Shown here: positions 17,100-27,815 of the stretch, one piece after another
Layout: each line of letters begins with the position of its first letter
Numbering within the stretch: position 1 is the first letter of the stretch
Assembly: GCA_902573385.1 (NCBI GenBank)
Contig: CACGJS010000002.1
Span: forward strand, 17,393 to 81,392
Reading direction: 5' to 3'
Origin: an uncultured Pelagibacteraceae bacterium
GTDB lineage: Bacteria > Pseudomonadota > Alphaproteobacteria > Pelagibacterales > Pelagibacteraceae
DNA: 64,000 bases
Translations under genes and position numbers: made by a program
Notes under the pieces: generated by a model
Databases searched by the model: none
Told to the model about the DNA's origin: nothing
What the model saw: the letters and a program-made list of their open reading frames with translations, nothing else

Positions 17100-17518
17100 A
17101 TTTTAATGCTATCACAAAAATATGGTTTAAATTCTTTGAATAAAACCTCAGGTATCTTAATTGGTTTACCTAAATTATTAATAAAAACTAGTTGAATTTC
17201 TGCATCAACTATTAAGTCTTCTTCTCTTGTAATAATTTGTTTCATAAAAAAAGAAGTTTTTGAAACAGATTTGATAAAAGATCTAATATTTAATTCTTCC
17301 TCAAGATATGATGGTTTTTTATAATCAATATTACAAGATTTAACTACTATATTTGCTTTAAAATTTTCTTTTATTTTTCTATTAGTCAAACCTAGGCTGG
17401 TTATAGCTTCTGTTCTTGCTCTCTCTAAAAAATTTAGATAGTTAGCATAATAAACAATCCCGCCAGAATCAGTATCCTCATAATAAACTTTAACCTTATG
17501 TGTAAAATTTTTATGCAT
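17096..17518 (-). CDS. ybgC: YbgC-family acyl-CoA thioesterase
   Basis: VYYEDTDSGGIVYYANYLNFLERAR. Confidence 0.9.
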   Translation of the reverse strand: MHKNFTHKVKVYYEDTDSGGIVYYANYLNFLERARTEAITSLGLTNRKIKENFKANIVVKSCNIDYKKPSYLEEELNIRSFIKSVSKTSFFMKQIITREEDLIVDAEIQLVFINNLGKPIKIPEVLFKEFKPYFCDSIKI

Positions 17519-17577
17519 TTAAATATAATATCAAAAAAAACAATTATTTAAAATCAAACTAAGATATAATTTAATTT

Positions 17578-17718
17578 ATGAAAGTTTACATTATTTGGTT
17601 AATTGGAGTAATTACATGGAATTTTGGTGTTCCAACAGCATCACCAATTGAAGATGTTATAGTTGCAATACTTTTATCATTTTTAAGTATGAGTCTAAAA
17701 AAATATCTTAAGTTCTGA
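17578..17718 (+). CDS. Small membrane protein, 46 aa (MKVYIIWLIGVITWNFGVPTASPIEDV...)
   Basis: Manual translation; two hydrophobic segments; fills intergenic gap. Confidence 0.6.
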   Translation: MKVYIIWLIGVITWNFGVPTASPIEDVIVAILLSFLSMSLKKYLKF

Positions 17719-18372
17719 TTATTTAGAGGAAAAATAAATATTTTGATAATAAGAAATAGCTTTTAGTTTTGAATTATCAGTATCAGTCATTATAGCTACA
17801 CCATTTAATTCTTTTACGTCTAAATTATGTAATTTTTTAAAATGCTCTCTAACATTAGCTTTTACAGTAACCCACTCATTATTATTATTTTTTGTTGTTG
17901 AAAGAACATAATCAATAGATTTTTTTGTATAGGGACTTGGCCAGTTATCATTTATAGAATTATTACTTGAAAAGACGTAATTAATCGCTCTATTAGATAA
18001 TGCAGTAGCTCCTGTTTTTTTTATTACAAAAACTCTTGCTGCGTAATCATGTCCTTTCTTGCTATTTTCAATAATTCCAGATAAATTTTTTTCAACTTTC
18101 CAAGTAATATTAATATATGGAGTTTTCAAAAGATTTATTTTTATTTCCTTTCCTAAACCTGAACCATTACCTTCAGCTTCAGCTCTAATATAAGGTCCGT
18201 TTTCATTTGATCCTAACTCCCAAGTTGTTTCTCCTTTTACTTTTTTAACTTTTAAATTTTTAAATTCTTCTTCAGTAAAATCAAAAACATTAATTGAATC
18301 TGCTGTGGATATTTGACAAAAGAATTGGGAAAAAATAAAAATAAGTAAAATTTTTTTAATCATAATCTTCAT
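17719..18372 (-). CDS. DUF3047-like exported protein
   Basis: Signal peptide; DYAARVFV, AINYVFSS, AIMTDTDNS. Confidence 0.75.
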   Translation of the reverse strand: MKIMIKKILLIFIFSQFFCQISTADSINVFDFTEEEFKNLKVKKVKGETTWELGSNENGPYIRAEAEGNGSGLGKEIKINLLKTPYINITWKVEKNLSGIIENSKKGHDYAARVFVIKKTGATALSNRAINYVFSSNNSINDNWPSPYTKKSIDYVLSTTKNNNNEWVTVKANVREHFKKLHNLDVKELNGVAIMTDTDNSKLKAISYYQNIYFSSK

Positions 18373-18590
18373 ATAAACTATCTAAATTAATTATCAATTA
18401 TTCATAAAAACATGATTTAGACAAATTTTAAACATTCTAAATTCACTATTATAAATTATATCTATTGAATGAAATCAATAACCGTATTTATACTTTTAAT
18501 TTATTGGTCTATAATAATTTTTGGGCCAGTTCTAGCGAGAGAAAATAAGGTATTTAAAGAAGAATTAATCCAAATAACAAAGAATGAATC

Positions 18591-19337
18591 CTAATAAGTA
18601 GACCTTCCACCACTAATATCAAATACAGCACCTGTAGAAAATGAGTTCTCTTCTGATGATAACCAACAAACTAGAGATGTAAATTCTGTTATTTCTAGAA
18701 ATCTTCCCCTGGGCACTTTTGAAAGCATTCTAGCAACATGTTCTTTGGACATCTGATTTAATATTCTTGTTTTAGCTCCAGCAGGCGTTACTGCATTAAC
18801 TGCAATATTTTTATCAGCTAATTCTTTACCAAGTGATTTTGTGAGCCCAATAGCTCCTGCTTTTGCGGAACTATAAGCGCTTGCATTAGCATTACCATCT
18901 TTTCCTGCTACCGAAGCTACATTAACTATTCTACCATAATCATTTTTAATCATATTTGGCACTACACATTTGCATGTATTAAATGTACCCATTAAATTAA
19001 CATCTACAATTTTATTCCATTCTTTGACATCGTACTCCCATAATGAACTAGTTGAACCTGTGATACCAGCATTATTAACCAATATATCAATATTAGAATT
19101 TTTTATTATTTCTTCTATAACTTCTTTAACTTGATCAAAATTTGTAACATCAACTAGATTGCTTGATAAATTAGAACTATTTAATTTCTTTGAAGCTTCT
19201 TGAAGTTCATTTTTGTCAATATCCCAAATAATAACTTTAGCACCTGAGCTTAAAAATCTTTTAGCTATATCAAAACCAAAGCCCTGAGCTCCTCCTGTAA
19301 TTATTGCTGTTCTATTTTTTAAATCAAATTGATGCAT
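18591..19337 (-). CDS. Short-chain dehydrogenase/reductase
   Basis: TGGAQGFG, NNAG, YSSAK. Confidence 0.92.
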   Translation of the reverse strand: MHQFDLKNRTAIITGGAQGFGFDIAKRFLSSGAKVIIWDIDKNELQEASKKLNSSNLSSNLVDVTNFDQVKEVIEEIIKNSNIDILVNNAGITGSTSSLWEYDVKEWNKIVDVNLMGTFNTCKCVVPNMIKNDYGRIVNVASVAGKDGNANASAYSSAKAGAIGLTKSLGKELADKNIAVNAVTPAGAKTRILNQMSKEHVARMLSKVPRGRFLEITEFTSLVCWLSSEENSFSTGAVFDISGGRSTY

Positions 19338-19341
19338 GATA

Positions 19342-20799
19342 TTATTTTTTCGCTAAAAGATAATAAGTCAAAGAAGAAATTAAAGCTCCTATTATCCACG
19401 AATAAGATTGTAAAAACATTAAATGAACATTCCATATTGTTGAAGCAGCAAATATAAATCCTATTAATAAAGAATATATAGCTTTAATATGCCAACCATA
19501 AGAATAATGATAAGCACTATTTTTTTCTAGTGAAAAAATATCTTTATTAATTAAATTGGTTTTTTTAATTAAATAATAATCAACAATCATAACACCAAAT
19601 AAAGGGCCAAAAAATGAACTCGCTGTATCAACAAATGATAAAATTCCAATTTGGCTTAATAATGATAACCAAAAAATACCTATTAATGATCCTAATAAAA
19701 TAATAATAAACCCAGAATTTTTTATATTCAATTTACTTGGAATAAAATTTAATAATGAATTTTGTGCAGGGACATAATTTGCTATTAAATTTGTTGAACC
19801 AGTTGCAAAAACAATAAAGAATAAAGCTACCACAGTTAATAATATATTATCAAATTTTCCAATAATATCTGTTGGATTGGTTAAAATTCTTTCCATATTG
19901 TTTAGATTTTTATTTAATATCACATCAGATCCAATAACTATAAAAACAGCTAAAACAGAAAATAAAATAAGATTTAATATCAAGCTGAGATTACCCTTCC
20001 TTAATTCTTTTTCGTTTTTTACATATCTTGAAAAATCTCCAAAACTTAAAATTATTATTGAGAAATATGAAAAAATTGTAGCTGCTACAGTTAGCAAGGG
20101 ATTAATATTAGATATAATAAAAATATTTTTATAACTAAAAATATCTAAAAATGCTTTTGTAACATTGTCATAATCAAAAAGAATAATTACTACGAAAAAA
20201 AATATGATACCCAGGTAAACAATTGTTGCGGAAAAATTCATTAATAACTTATTAAATCTATGACCTCTACTAAATAAAAAGAATTGAAAAATTATAGTTA
20301 AAAAAAATGATACAACGTCAATAATATTTAAACCAAATAGAAATATTAAGAAAATATCTTGATCAAGAATTGTATTATCTATTGAATAAAATGATATTCT
20401 TATTAGATAACTAAAAGCTTTAGATAAAAAATATGTTTGAACTCCAAACATAAAAATTCCAACTAAACCTCTAATAAGAGAAAAATATTTTGCACCTTTA
20501 AAACCAAGTGAAGTTCTTAAAATAACCGGAAATGGAAATCCATACTTTTGAGAGGGATTACCTATTAAATTAACTAATAAGTAAACTAAAAATGAACCTA
20601 GTAAAGAACCTAAAAAAACAATCAAAAAATTCAACTCATATATTAGATAAAGCGAGGTTATAAGTGAAAAGGCGATTACACTTTGAATATTAATTCCCCA
20701 AAAACAAAAAAGATCTTTCCAATCCCAATTTTTATCTTTAGGATTTACTGAAACTATCTCCCAGTTTAATAATTTATTTTTACTTTTTTCTTTAATCAC
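19342..20799 (-). CDS. NCS1 nucleobase:cation symporter family permease
   Basis: About 12 TM; GDFSRY, TNLIAN, GPLFGVMIVDYY. Confidence 0.85.
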   Translation of the reverse strand: MIKEKSKNKLLNWEIVSVNPKDKNWDWKDLFCFWGINIQSVIAFSLITSLYLIYELNFLIVFLGSLLGSFLVYLLVNLIGNPSQKYGFPFPVILRTSLGFKGAKYFSLIRGLVGIFMFGVQTYFLSKAFSYLIRISFYSIDNTILDQDIFLIFLFGLNIIDVVSFFLTIIFQFFLFSRGHRFNKLLMNFSATIVYLGIIFFFVVIILFDYDNVTKAFLDIFSYKNIFIISNINPLLTVAATIFSYFSIIILSFGDFSRYVKNEKELRKGNLSLILNLILFSVLAVFIVIGSDVILNKNLNNMERILTNPTDIIGKFDNILLTVVALFFIVFATGSTNLIANYVPAQNSLLNFIPSKLNIKNSGFIIILLGSLIGIFWLSLLSQIGILSFVDTASSFFGPLFGVMIVDYYLIKKTNLINKDIFSLEKNSAYHYSYGWHIKAIYSLLIGFIFAASTIWNVHLMFLQSYSWIIGALISSLTYYLLAKK

Positions 20800-20823
20800 T
20801 GCTTTATATTAAACTAATAAATT

Positions 20824-22158
20824 CTACTGTCCATATAGATAGGCGGGTAACCATAAAGCTATTTTTGGAAAAGCAATAATCAAAATTAAACCAATAACTT
20901 GAATTACCATAAATTGCATCATTCCATAGTATATATCTTTAAGATCCCACTCAGGCACTACACCTTTTAAAAAATAAGCAGACAATGCTACCGGAGGTGA
21001 TAGCCATGCAGTTTGGAGGTTAACAGCTACAAGTATTGCAAACCATGTAAGATTAAATCCTAAAGCCTCTACTAAAGGTAAAATGATTGGAACTATGATC
21101 ATTACAATTGGCACCCATTCTAGGGGCCATCCCAATAAAAAAATCATAACCATTATCATAGCTAAAATTAAATATTTATTCATTTCAAGTCCTAATAAAA
21201 AATCTGTTAAAAGCATTGGTGTTCCAAGTCTTGAAAAAACAGAGCCAAAGAAATTTGATGCTGCAACTAAAACCATTATCAAAGCTGAGATTTCTAAAGT
21301 TTTAACTAAAGCGTCTTGAAGTTTTACTAAAGTTAATTTTCTATAACCTAAAGCCAAAAGCAAAGACCCCATTGCACCACAACCGGCAGCTTCTGTTGGT
21401 GTTGCAAAACCAAACAAAATACTACCTAGGGCAGCAAAAACTAATAAAGCCGGGGGTACCAGCCCTATAAAAAACTCTATCCAAACTGCTTTCATACTAG
21501 TGGCTCTTAACTCTGGAGGCAATATTGGCCCTAAACTTGGATCCATCCAACAACGAATAGTTACATATCCTGCATAAAGTGTAGCTAATAATATTCCAGG
21601 AATTATCGCTGCAGCAAATAAATCTGTCACAGGAATTTCCATTATAGGACCCATTACAACAAGCATAATACTTGGTGGAATTAAAATACCTAAAGTTCCC
21701 CCTGCAGTAATAGTTCCAGCAGCTAACCTAACATTATAACCTGACTTATTCATAGATTTTGCAGCCATAATTCCCAATATAGTTACTGAAGCTCCGACAA
21801 TACCTGTTGCTGCAGCAAAAACTACTGACACAAACAGAACCGCATAATAAAGTGATCCTCTTACTTTAGCTAACATCAATTGAAAAGCTGAAAATAGTCT
21901 TTCCATTAGGCCTGCTTGTTCCATCATTATCCCCATAAAAACAAAGAGGGGAACTGCTGCAAGTGTCTGTTCTGTCATTACCATTGAAAACTGTAAGGTC
22001 ATTAAATAAAAAACCAAGTGACCAAAACCCAAGTAACCAAAAACAAAACCTAAAAAAATTAAAGTAAATGATATTGGAAAACCTACAAATATAGAAAATA
22101 GCATTACACCAATTAATACAAAACCTAATATTGCTGGATCTATAAATTCTGCAATCAT
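20824..22158 (-). CDS. dctM: TRAP transporter large permease
   Basis: AVPLFVFMG, GTLGILIPPSI. Confidence 0.93.
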   Translation of the reverse strand: MIAEFIDPAILGFVLIGVMLFSIFVGFPISFTLIFLGFVFGYLGFGHLVFYLMTLQFSMVMTEQTLAAVPLFVFMGIMMEQAGLMERLFSAFQLMLAKVRGSLYYAVLFVSVVFAAATGIVGASVTILGIMAAKSMNKSGYNVRLAAGTITAGGTLGILIPPSIMLVVMGPIMEIPVTDLFAAAIIPGILLATLYAGYVTIRCWMDPSLGPILPPELRATSMKAVWIEFFIGLVPPALLVFAALGSILFGFATPTEAAGCGAMGSLLLALGYRKLTLVKLQDALVKTLEISALIMVLVAASNFFGSVFSRLGTPMLLTDFLLGLEMNKYLILAMIMVMIFLLGWPLEWVPIVMIIVPIILPLVEALGFNLTWFAILVAVNLQTAWLSPPVALSAYFLKGVVPEWDLKDIYYGMMQFMVIQVIGLILIIAFPKIALWLPAYLYGQ

Positions 22159-22772
22159 TTATCTTCCTGACCCGGCCACTTGCCTCTTGTTGCTGCCCAG
22201 TAACTTTTTAAAAGTTCAGATACTCCTTGAATAATTAAAAAAACAATTCCAATTAATAAACATGTTTTAATTGGCCACATATAAGGCATCCAAGTTGTAT
22301 CCATACCTCTTTCGCTTCTCATGATTGATTCTTGAACGAATCCAATTGTCATATACAAAAAAACAGTTAGACCTGGAAAATAAAATAAAAGATATAACCA
22401 AAAATCAATTAAACCTTGGGTTTTAGTTTTAAAATTTCTATATAAAAAATCTGCTCTTATATGTACTCCTTTTGATAAAGCATAACCGGCCCCAAGCATA
22501 AATAGAGCTCCATATAAAAATCGGCTCATATCATATGCCCATATAGTTGGAGCTAAAAATAACTTTCTTGCAAAAACTTCATAAACCATACCTAAAATTA
22601 AAGGTACCGTTATCCAGCAAACAACATTACCAACCCATTTACTAAATAAGTCAATTTTAACAATAGTAGATGCCATCCATTTTGGCATGTCTTTTGGCAT
22701 TTGCTCTGAACCTCCTCGCCTTTCGGCAATCATTTCATCAGAAATATCTAACTTTGTAGGTTCATTTGCCAT
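22155..22772 (-). CDS. dctQ: TRAP transporter small permease
   Basis: 4 TM; HIRAD motif. Confidence 0.9.
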   Translation of the reverse strand: MANEPTKLDISDEMIAERRGGSEQMPKDMPKWMASTIVKIDLFSKWVGNVVCWITVPLILGMVYEVFARKLFLAPTIWAYDMSRFLYGALFMLGAGYALSKGVHIRADFLYRNFKTKTQGLIDFWLYLLFYFPGLTVFLYMTIGFVQESIMRSERGMDTTWMPYMWPIKTCLLIGIVFLIIQGVSELLKSYWAATRGKWPGQEDK

Positions 22773-22784
22773 AAAAATTCTCTT

Positions 22785-22823
22785 AAAAAAAAACTAAAGC
22801 GATCTTTTTAGACCGCTTTAGTT
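22785..22823 (-). terminator. Rho-independent terminator / stabilising hairpin after dctP
   Basis: AACTAAAGCGGTCT-AAAA-AGATCGCTTTAGTT followed by T tract. Confidence 0.8.
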
Positions 22824-22845
22824 ATAATCCTTTTATATCTTAATA

Positions 22846-23937
22846 CTACTTTAATGTTGCTGCGTGAGCCATTCCTAGCTGCGCATTAGACATTTGTGCA
22901 CCTGACCAGAAAGGAACCGCTGTATCAGCAAATTTTTTCTGAGAATCCCACACTTTTTTAAAGAATGCATTTTTCTCTGCATTTTTATTTAATGTAGCAT
23001 TAGCTGCTGCCATGTACTCAACAAAATAGTCTTTAGGCGTATCATGAAGTTGTACACCATGTTTTGTTGTTAGTTCATGTAACGCTTCACCATTAACAAG
23101 AATTCTTCTTGCTAAAGATTTCATTAATGAAGCATCAGCTGCAACTTTGATTGAGTTTTTCTCATGATCTGAAAATTTCTCATAAGTCGTTCCAGTGATA
23201 TAAAAATCAGCATTAACAACTACTTGGTGTAAACCTTGTAGATAATAATGTTTAAGAACTTTTTGGAAACCAAATACCATATCTGGCTTTGGACAACACC
23301 ACTCAGCAGCATCAATTGTTCCTGCTTCAAGAGCTGGAAGAATGTCTCCACCTCCCATAGCTACAGATGCAATACCAATATCTTTGTAAGTTTGTCCTGG
23401 TATTCCTGGAGGAGTTCTAAATTTTAATTTTCTGAAATCGTCCATGTTTTTAATTGGCTTCGGAAACCATCCTAAAGCTTCAGGTCCAACAGGTTGAAGC
23501 ATAAAACCTTTGATGTTTCTGTTCATTTCTTTCCAAAGTTGATCATATAGTTGCTCACCACCACCTGATAAAAACCATGATAAGAAAGCAATATTATCTA
23601 TACCTACACCTGCTCCTGCTACTGGAGAACCAAATAGCATTGCAGCTGGGTGTTCGCCTGACCAATAGTGTGTCCAAGCAAAACCACAATCTATTAAACC
23701 TTTATCAACTGCATCAAGAGTTTCTTTAACTCCAACCACTGATCCTGCTGGTAAGATTTCAAACTTTAGTGAACCTTGCGTAAGTTTAGTAACTGTATCA
23801 GTAAAGTCTTTAAGCATAACAACTTCGTCGCCTTTTGCATTTAAGACAGTCTGACATTTAAGTGTTTTTGCATTAGCATTAGAAACAAATCCAATTGCTA
23901 AAGTTATTGCAAATAACACTGAAATGATTTTTTTCAT
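22846..23937 (-). CDS. dctP: TRAP solute-binding protein (TakP-like)
   Basis: Signal peptide, LKFRTP, GTIDAAEW; adjacent dctQM. Confidence 0.9.
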   Translation of the reverse strand: MKKIISVLFAITLAIGFVSNANAKTLKCQTVLNAKGDEVVMLKDFTDTVTKLTQGSLKFEILPAGSVVGVKETLDAVDKGLIDCGFAWTHYWSGEHPAAMLFGSPVAGAGVGIDNIAFLSWFLSGGGEQLYDQLWKEMNRNIKGFMLQPVGPEALGWFPKPIKNMDDFRKLKFRTPPGIPGQTYKDIGIASVAMGGGDILPALEAGTIDAAEWCCPKPDMVFGFQKVLKHYYLQGLHQVVVNADFYITGTTYEKFSDHEKNSIKVAADASLMKSLARRILVNGEALHELTTKHGVQLHDTPKDYFVEYMAAANATLNKNAEKNAFFKKVWDSQKKFADTAVPFWSGAQMSNAQLGMAHAATLK

Positions 23938-24085
23938 ATGTATTCCCTCTCTTTAAGTTTTTTTATAAAAAAGGAAGTCTTTCAAAATAAAAAAATTAAA
24001 ACAAGTGCTAATATGGCAAATTTTCTTCAAAAAACATTGGTAAAACTGGAATTTTTGATTTTAAACATTATAAAGCACTAATTAG

Positions 24086-25681
24086 ATGAATAATTTTGAT
24101 TTTATTATAATTGGAGCTGGCTCAGCAGGGTGCGTATTGGCTAATAGATTATCAAAAAATCCAAAAAATAAAGTCCTTCTAATTGAGGCGGGTGGAACAG
24201 ATTCTTATCCGTGGATTCATATTCCAGTGGGTTATTACAAAACAATGCACAACCCAAAAACAGATTGGTGCTATAGTACAGAACCTGATAAAACTATGGA
24301 GAATAGATCTATACCCTATCCTAGAGGAAAAACTCTTGGTGGTAGTTCTTCTATAAATGGTCTTCTTTATATTAGAGGTCAAGAGCAAGATTATGATATT
24401 TGGAGACAGCTTGGTAACAAAGGGTGGAGTTGGAAAGATGTTCTTCCTTATTTTTTAAAATCAGAAAATCAAGAAAGAGGAGATGATAAATTTCACGGTA
24501 CTGGTGGACCTCTATCTGTATCTGATCAAAGAATAAAACTTCCAATACTTGATACTTTCATGAATGCTGCAGAAGAAGTTGGAATTCCAAAAGTAAATGA
24601 TTTTAATAGAGGAGATAATTTTGGTTGTGGATATTTTCAAGTTACTGAAAAAAACGGTTTACGTTGTAGTGCTGCAGTTGGGTATTTAAATCCAATTAAA
24701 AATAGAAAAAACCTAAAAATTGAAACGAAATGTCATGTTGAAAAAATTAATTTTGATAAGAAAAAAGCAATAAGTATTTCATATTGGAAAAATAATAATT
24801 CTTTTACTGCTGGTGCCAATAGAGAAATAATTTTAAGTGCAGGATCAATTGGTTCTCCGCAAATTTTACAAACATCTGGAATTGGAGATGCTAATAAATT
24901 ATCACAACTTGATATAGATATAATAAAAAATTCTTTAGGTGTTGGCAAAAATTTACAAGATCATTTAATGTTTAGACCTGTTTATAAAGTTAAAAATATT
25001 CCAACTTTAAATAAAAAAATTAATAGTATTATTGGCAAATTAATGATTGGCATGGAATATGTTTTTTTTAGAAGAGGACCAATGACTATGGGAGCTAGTC
25101 AACTATGTGGTTTTGCAAAAAGTGATAGTTCTAGAACTACTCCAAATCTTCAATTTCATGTTCAGCCAATAAGTACAGACAAATTAGGAGGATCTAATTT
25201 ACACGATTTTGCAGCCTTTACTCCTACTGTTGCAAATATAAGACCAACGAGCAAAGGTGAAATAAATATAGTTAGTAAAGACAGTAGAGAAAATCCTAAA
25301 ATAAAGATGAATTATTTATCAAGCAGTGAGGACAGAAAGGTAGCTGCCGCAGGTCTAAAACTAATAAGAAAAATTGTTTTAGAAAGTAATGAATTTAAAA
25401 AATATGAACCTGAAGAATTTAGACCTGGAATTGAGATACAGGATGACGAGGCATTAGTAAAAGCTGGCAGCAATTATGCTCAAACAATTTTTCACCCTGT
25501 TGGAACTTGTAAAATGGGAAATGATGAAAGTGCTGTTGTATCGGAAGAGTTGAAAGTTCATGGAATTGAAAATTTAAGAGTAATAGATGCTTCTATTATG
25601 CCTAATATCACTTCAGGAAATACAAACGCACCAACAATTATGATTGCTGAAAAAGGTGCAGATATGATATTGAATAATTAA
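24086..25681 (+). CDS. GMC oxidoreductase (choline dehydrogenase-like)
   Basis: GAGSAG, RGKTLGGSSSING, HPVGTCKMG, GNTNAPT. Confidence 0.92.
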   Translation: MNNFDFIIIGAGSAGCVLANRLSKNPKNKVLLIEAGGTDSYPWIHIPVGYYKTMHNPKTDWCYSTEPDKTMENRSIPYPRGKTLGGSSSINGLLYIRGQEQDYDIWRQLGNKGWSWKDVLPYFLKSENQERGDDKFHGTGGPLSVSDQRIKLPILDTFMNAAEEVGIPKVNDFNRGDNFGCGYFQVTEKNGLRCSAAVGYLNPIKNRKNLKIETKCHVEKINFDKKKAISISYWKNNNSFTAGANREIILSAGSIGSPQILQTSGIGDANKLSQLDIDIIKNSLGVGKNLQDHLMFRPVYKVKNIPTLNKKINSIIGKLMIGMEYVFFRRGPMTMGASQLCGFAKSDSSRTTPNLQFHVQPISTDKLGGSNLHDFAAFTPTVANIRPTSKGEINIVSKDSRENPKIKMNYLSSSEDRKVAAAGLKLIRKIVLESNEFKKYEPEEFRPGIEIQDDEALVKAGSNYAQTIFHPVGTCKMGNDESAVVSEELKVHGIENLRVIDASIMPNITSGNTNAPTIMIAEKGADMILNN

Positions 25682-25683
25682 TA

Positions 25684-26256
25684 ATGTCAGAACAGGTAAT
25701 AATATTTTCGCAAATTGTTTTTATAGATTTAGTTTTAGCTGGTGACAATGCAATAATTATTGGAATGGTTGCTTCAAAATTTCCAGCAGATCAAAGAAAA
25801 AAAGTAATTTTTTGGGGAATAGGTGGTGCGATAATCTTAAGAATTATTTTAACATTACTAACAGCATATTTGCTTCAGATCACTGGCTTAAGATTAATTG
25901 GTGGATTATTGTTACTTTATATAGTTTACAAACTATATGTAGATGTAATTAAAGAATCATCTAAAGAAGAAAATATTAATGTTGATAACTCAAGCCTTAT
26001 TAGGGCTATATGGACTGTCTTACTTGCCGATTTTACAATGAGTTTAGATAATGTTTTGGGAGTGGCAGGTGCTGCGGGTGATCACTATTTTTTATTAATT
26101 TTTGGTCTAGTATTATCAATAATATTGATGGCAACAGCTGCTACATTAATATCAAAATGGATAAAAAAATACAGATGGATAGCATGGTTGGGTTTAATTG
26201 CTATACTAGTAGTTGCTATTGAATTAATTTATACTGATCTTAAAACTTTAATATAA
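25684..26256 (+). CDS. TerC/YjbE family membrane protein
   Basis: DLVLAGDNA and ADFTMSLDNV. Confidence 0.9.
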   Translation: MSEQVIIFSQIVFIDLVLAGDNAIIIGMVASKFPADQRKKVIFWGIGGAIILRIILTLLTAYLLQITGLRLIGGLLLLYIVYKLYVDVIKESSKEENINVDNSSLIRAIWTVLLADFTMSLDNVLGVAGAAGDHYFLLIFGLVLSIILMATAATLISKWIKKYRWIAWLGLIAILVVAIELIYTDLKTLI

Positions 26257-27024
26257 ATGTATTTAAAAAGATATAATTTAAAAAATAAAACAGCTGTAGT
26301 TTCTGGTGCTGGAAAAGGTTTAGGTAGAGCCTGCGCGATTGCTTTAGCTGAAGCTGGTGCCAATTTAATAATTATAAGTAGAACTAAGAAAGATTTAGAC
26401 GAAGTTTCTAAAATAATAAGAAAATATAAAACCAAATGTAAATCTTATATTTGTGATATTACAAATTATAATCAAATAAAATCTATAATAAACAATCAAC
26501 CTAAAATTGATATTTTAGTTAACAACGCTGGAAATAATATTCCAGAACATTTTACAAAAGTTAAAACTAAAAATATGGAATATTTGGTAAAGATTAATAC
26601 AATAGCTTCTTTTAATCTTGCACAATTATGCACTCTTAAAATGATAAAGGCAAAAAATAGAAAAAAAATTGGTGGAGCTATAGTAAATATGTCTTCACAA
26701 ATGGGACATGTAGGAGGTCCAATCAGAAGTGTGTACAATATGAATAAATGGGGATTAGAAGGTTTAACTAAAGGTATGGCTATTGATTTAGCTAAATATA
26801 ATATTAGAGTAAACACTGTTTGCCCTACTTTTGTTGTTACTCCAATGACAAAAAAATTTTTAAAAAATAAAAAATTTAAAAAAGAAACTCTTGGCAATAT
26901 TCCTCTTGGAAGATTTGCAGAAATGTCAGAAATTGCTTCTTCAGTAGTTTTTCTTGCTTCTGAGGCTGCATCGATGATTACAGGAACTTCTTTGTTAGTT
27001 GATGGTGGATGGACTGCAAAATAA
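26257..27024 (+). CDS. Short-chain dehydrogenase/reductase
   Basis: SGAGKGLG, NNAG, YNMNK. Confidence 0.9.
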   Translation: MYLKRYNLKNKTAVVSGAGKGLGRACAIALAEAGANLIIISRTKKDLDEVSKIIRKYKTKCKSYICDITNYNQIKSIINNQPKIDILVNNAGNNIPEHFTKVKTKNMEYLVKINTIASFNLAQLCTLKMIKAKNRKKIGGAIVNMSSQMGHVGGPIRSVYNMNKWGLEGLTKGMAIDLAKYNIRVNTVCPTFVVTPMTKKFLKNKKFKKETLGNIPLGRFAEMSEIASSVVFLASEAASMITGTSLLVDGGWTAK

Positions 27025-27809
27025 TATATAGATTATTACTAATAATCATTTTTACAACAACTCAATTAAATGCAGTTGAATTTAAAGGTAAATTCATACA
27101 AGGTCATTATATTATTGGTATAACCGATCCTACGTCAGAAATAATTATTGATAAAAAAAAAGTTAAAGTTTCAGACGATGGTTATTTTGTTTTTGGAATT
27201 GATCGAGATAGAAAATTTGATTTAACAGTTACTCAAATTAAAAATGGAAATAAAAAAAAATTTATTAAAAAGGTATTAAAAAGAAAATACAATATTCAAA
27301 GAATTGATGGTTTAGAAGAAAGTAAAGTAACACCACCAGAATCGGTTTATAAGAGAATTAAAGAAGAAAATAATAGAATTGGTGAAGCAAGAGCAATTAA
27401 CTCTGATTTACCTTTTTTTAAAAAAAAATTTATTATACCTGTTAAAGGCATAATTAGTGGAGTTTATGGAAGTCAAAGAATTTTAAATGGTAAACCTAAA
27501 TGGCCTCATTACGGAATAGACATTGCTGCTAAAAAAGGAACTAAAATAAAATCATCTGCAACTGGAATTGTAACTATGGCTGAACCTGATTTATATTACA
27601 CAGGCGGAACTATTATTATGGATCATGGACATGGAATCTCAACTATTTATTCTCATCTTGCTAAGCTAAATGTTAAAGTTGGAGATAAGGTATTACAAGG
27701 TGATATTATCGGCACAGTAGGTTCAACAGGAAGATCTACTGGTCCTCATCTAGATTTTAGAGTTAATTGGTTTCAAACTAGACTTGATCCAATGTCGGTA
27801 TTAAAATAA
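27009..27809 (+). CDS. M23 family metallopeptidase
   Basis: HYGID and STGPHLD motifs. Confidence 0.9.
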   Translation: MDCKIIYRLLLIIIFTTTQLNAVEFKGKFIQGHYIIGITDPTSEIIIDKKKVKVSDDGYFVFGIDRDRKFDLTVTQIKNGNKKKFIKKVLKRKYNIQRIDGLEESKVTPPESVYKRIKEENNRIGEARAINSDLPFFKKKFIIPVKGIISGVYGSQRILNGKPKWPHYGIDIAAKKGTKIKSSATGIVTMAEPDLYYTGGTIIMDHGHGISTIYSHLAKLNVKVGDKVLQGDIIGTVGSTGRSTGPHLDFRVNWFQTRLDPMSVLK

Positions 27810-27815
27810 AAATAC

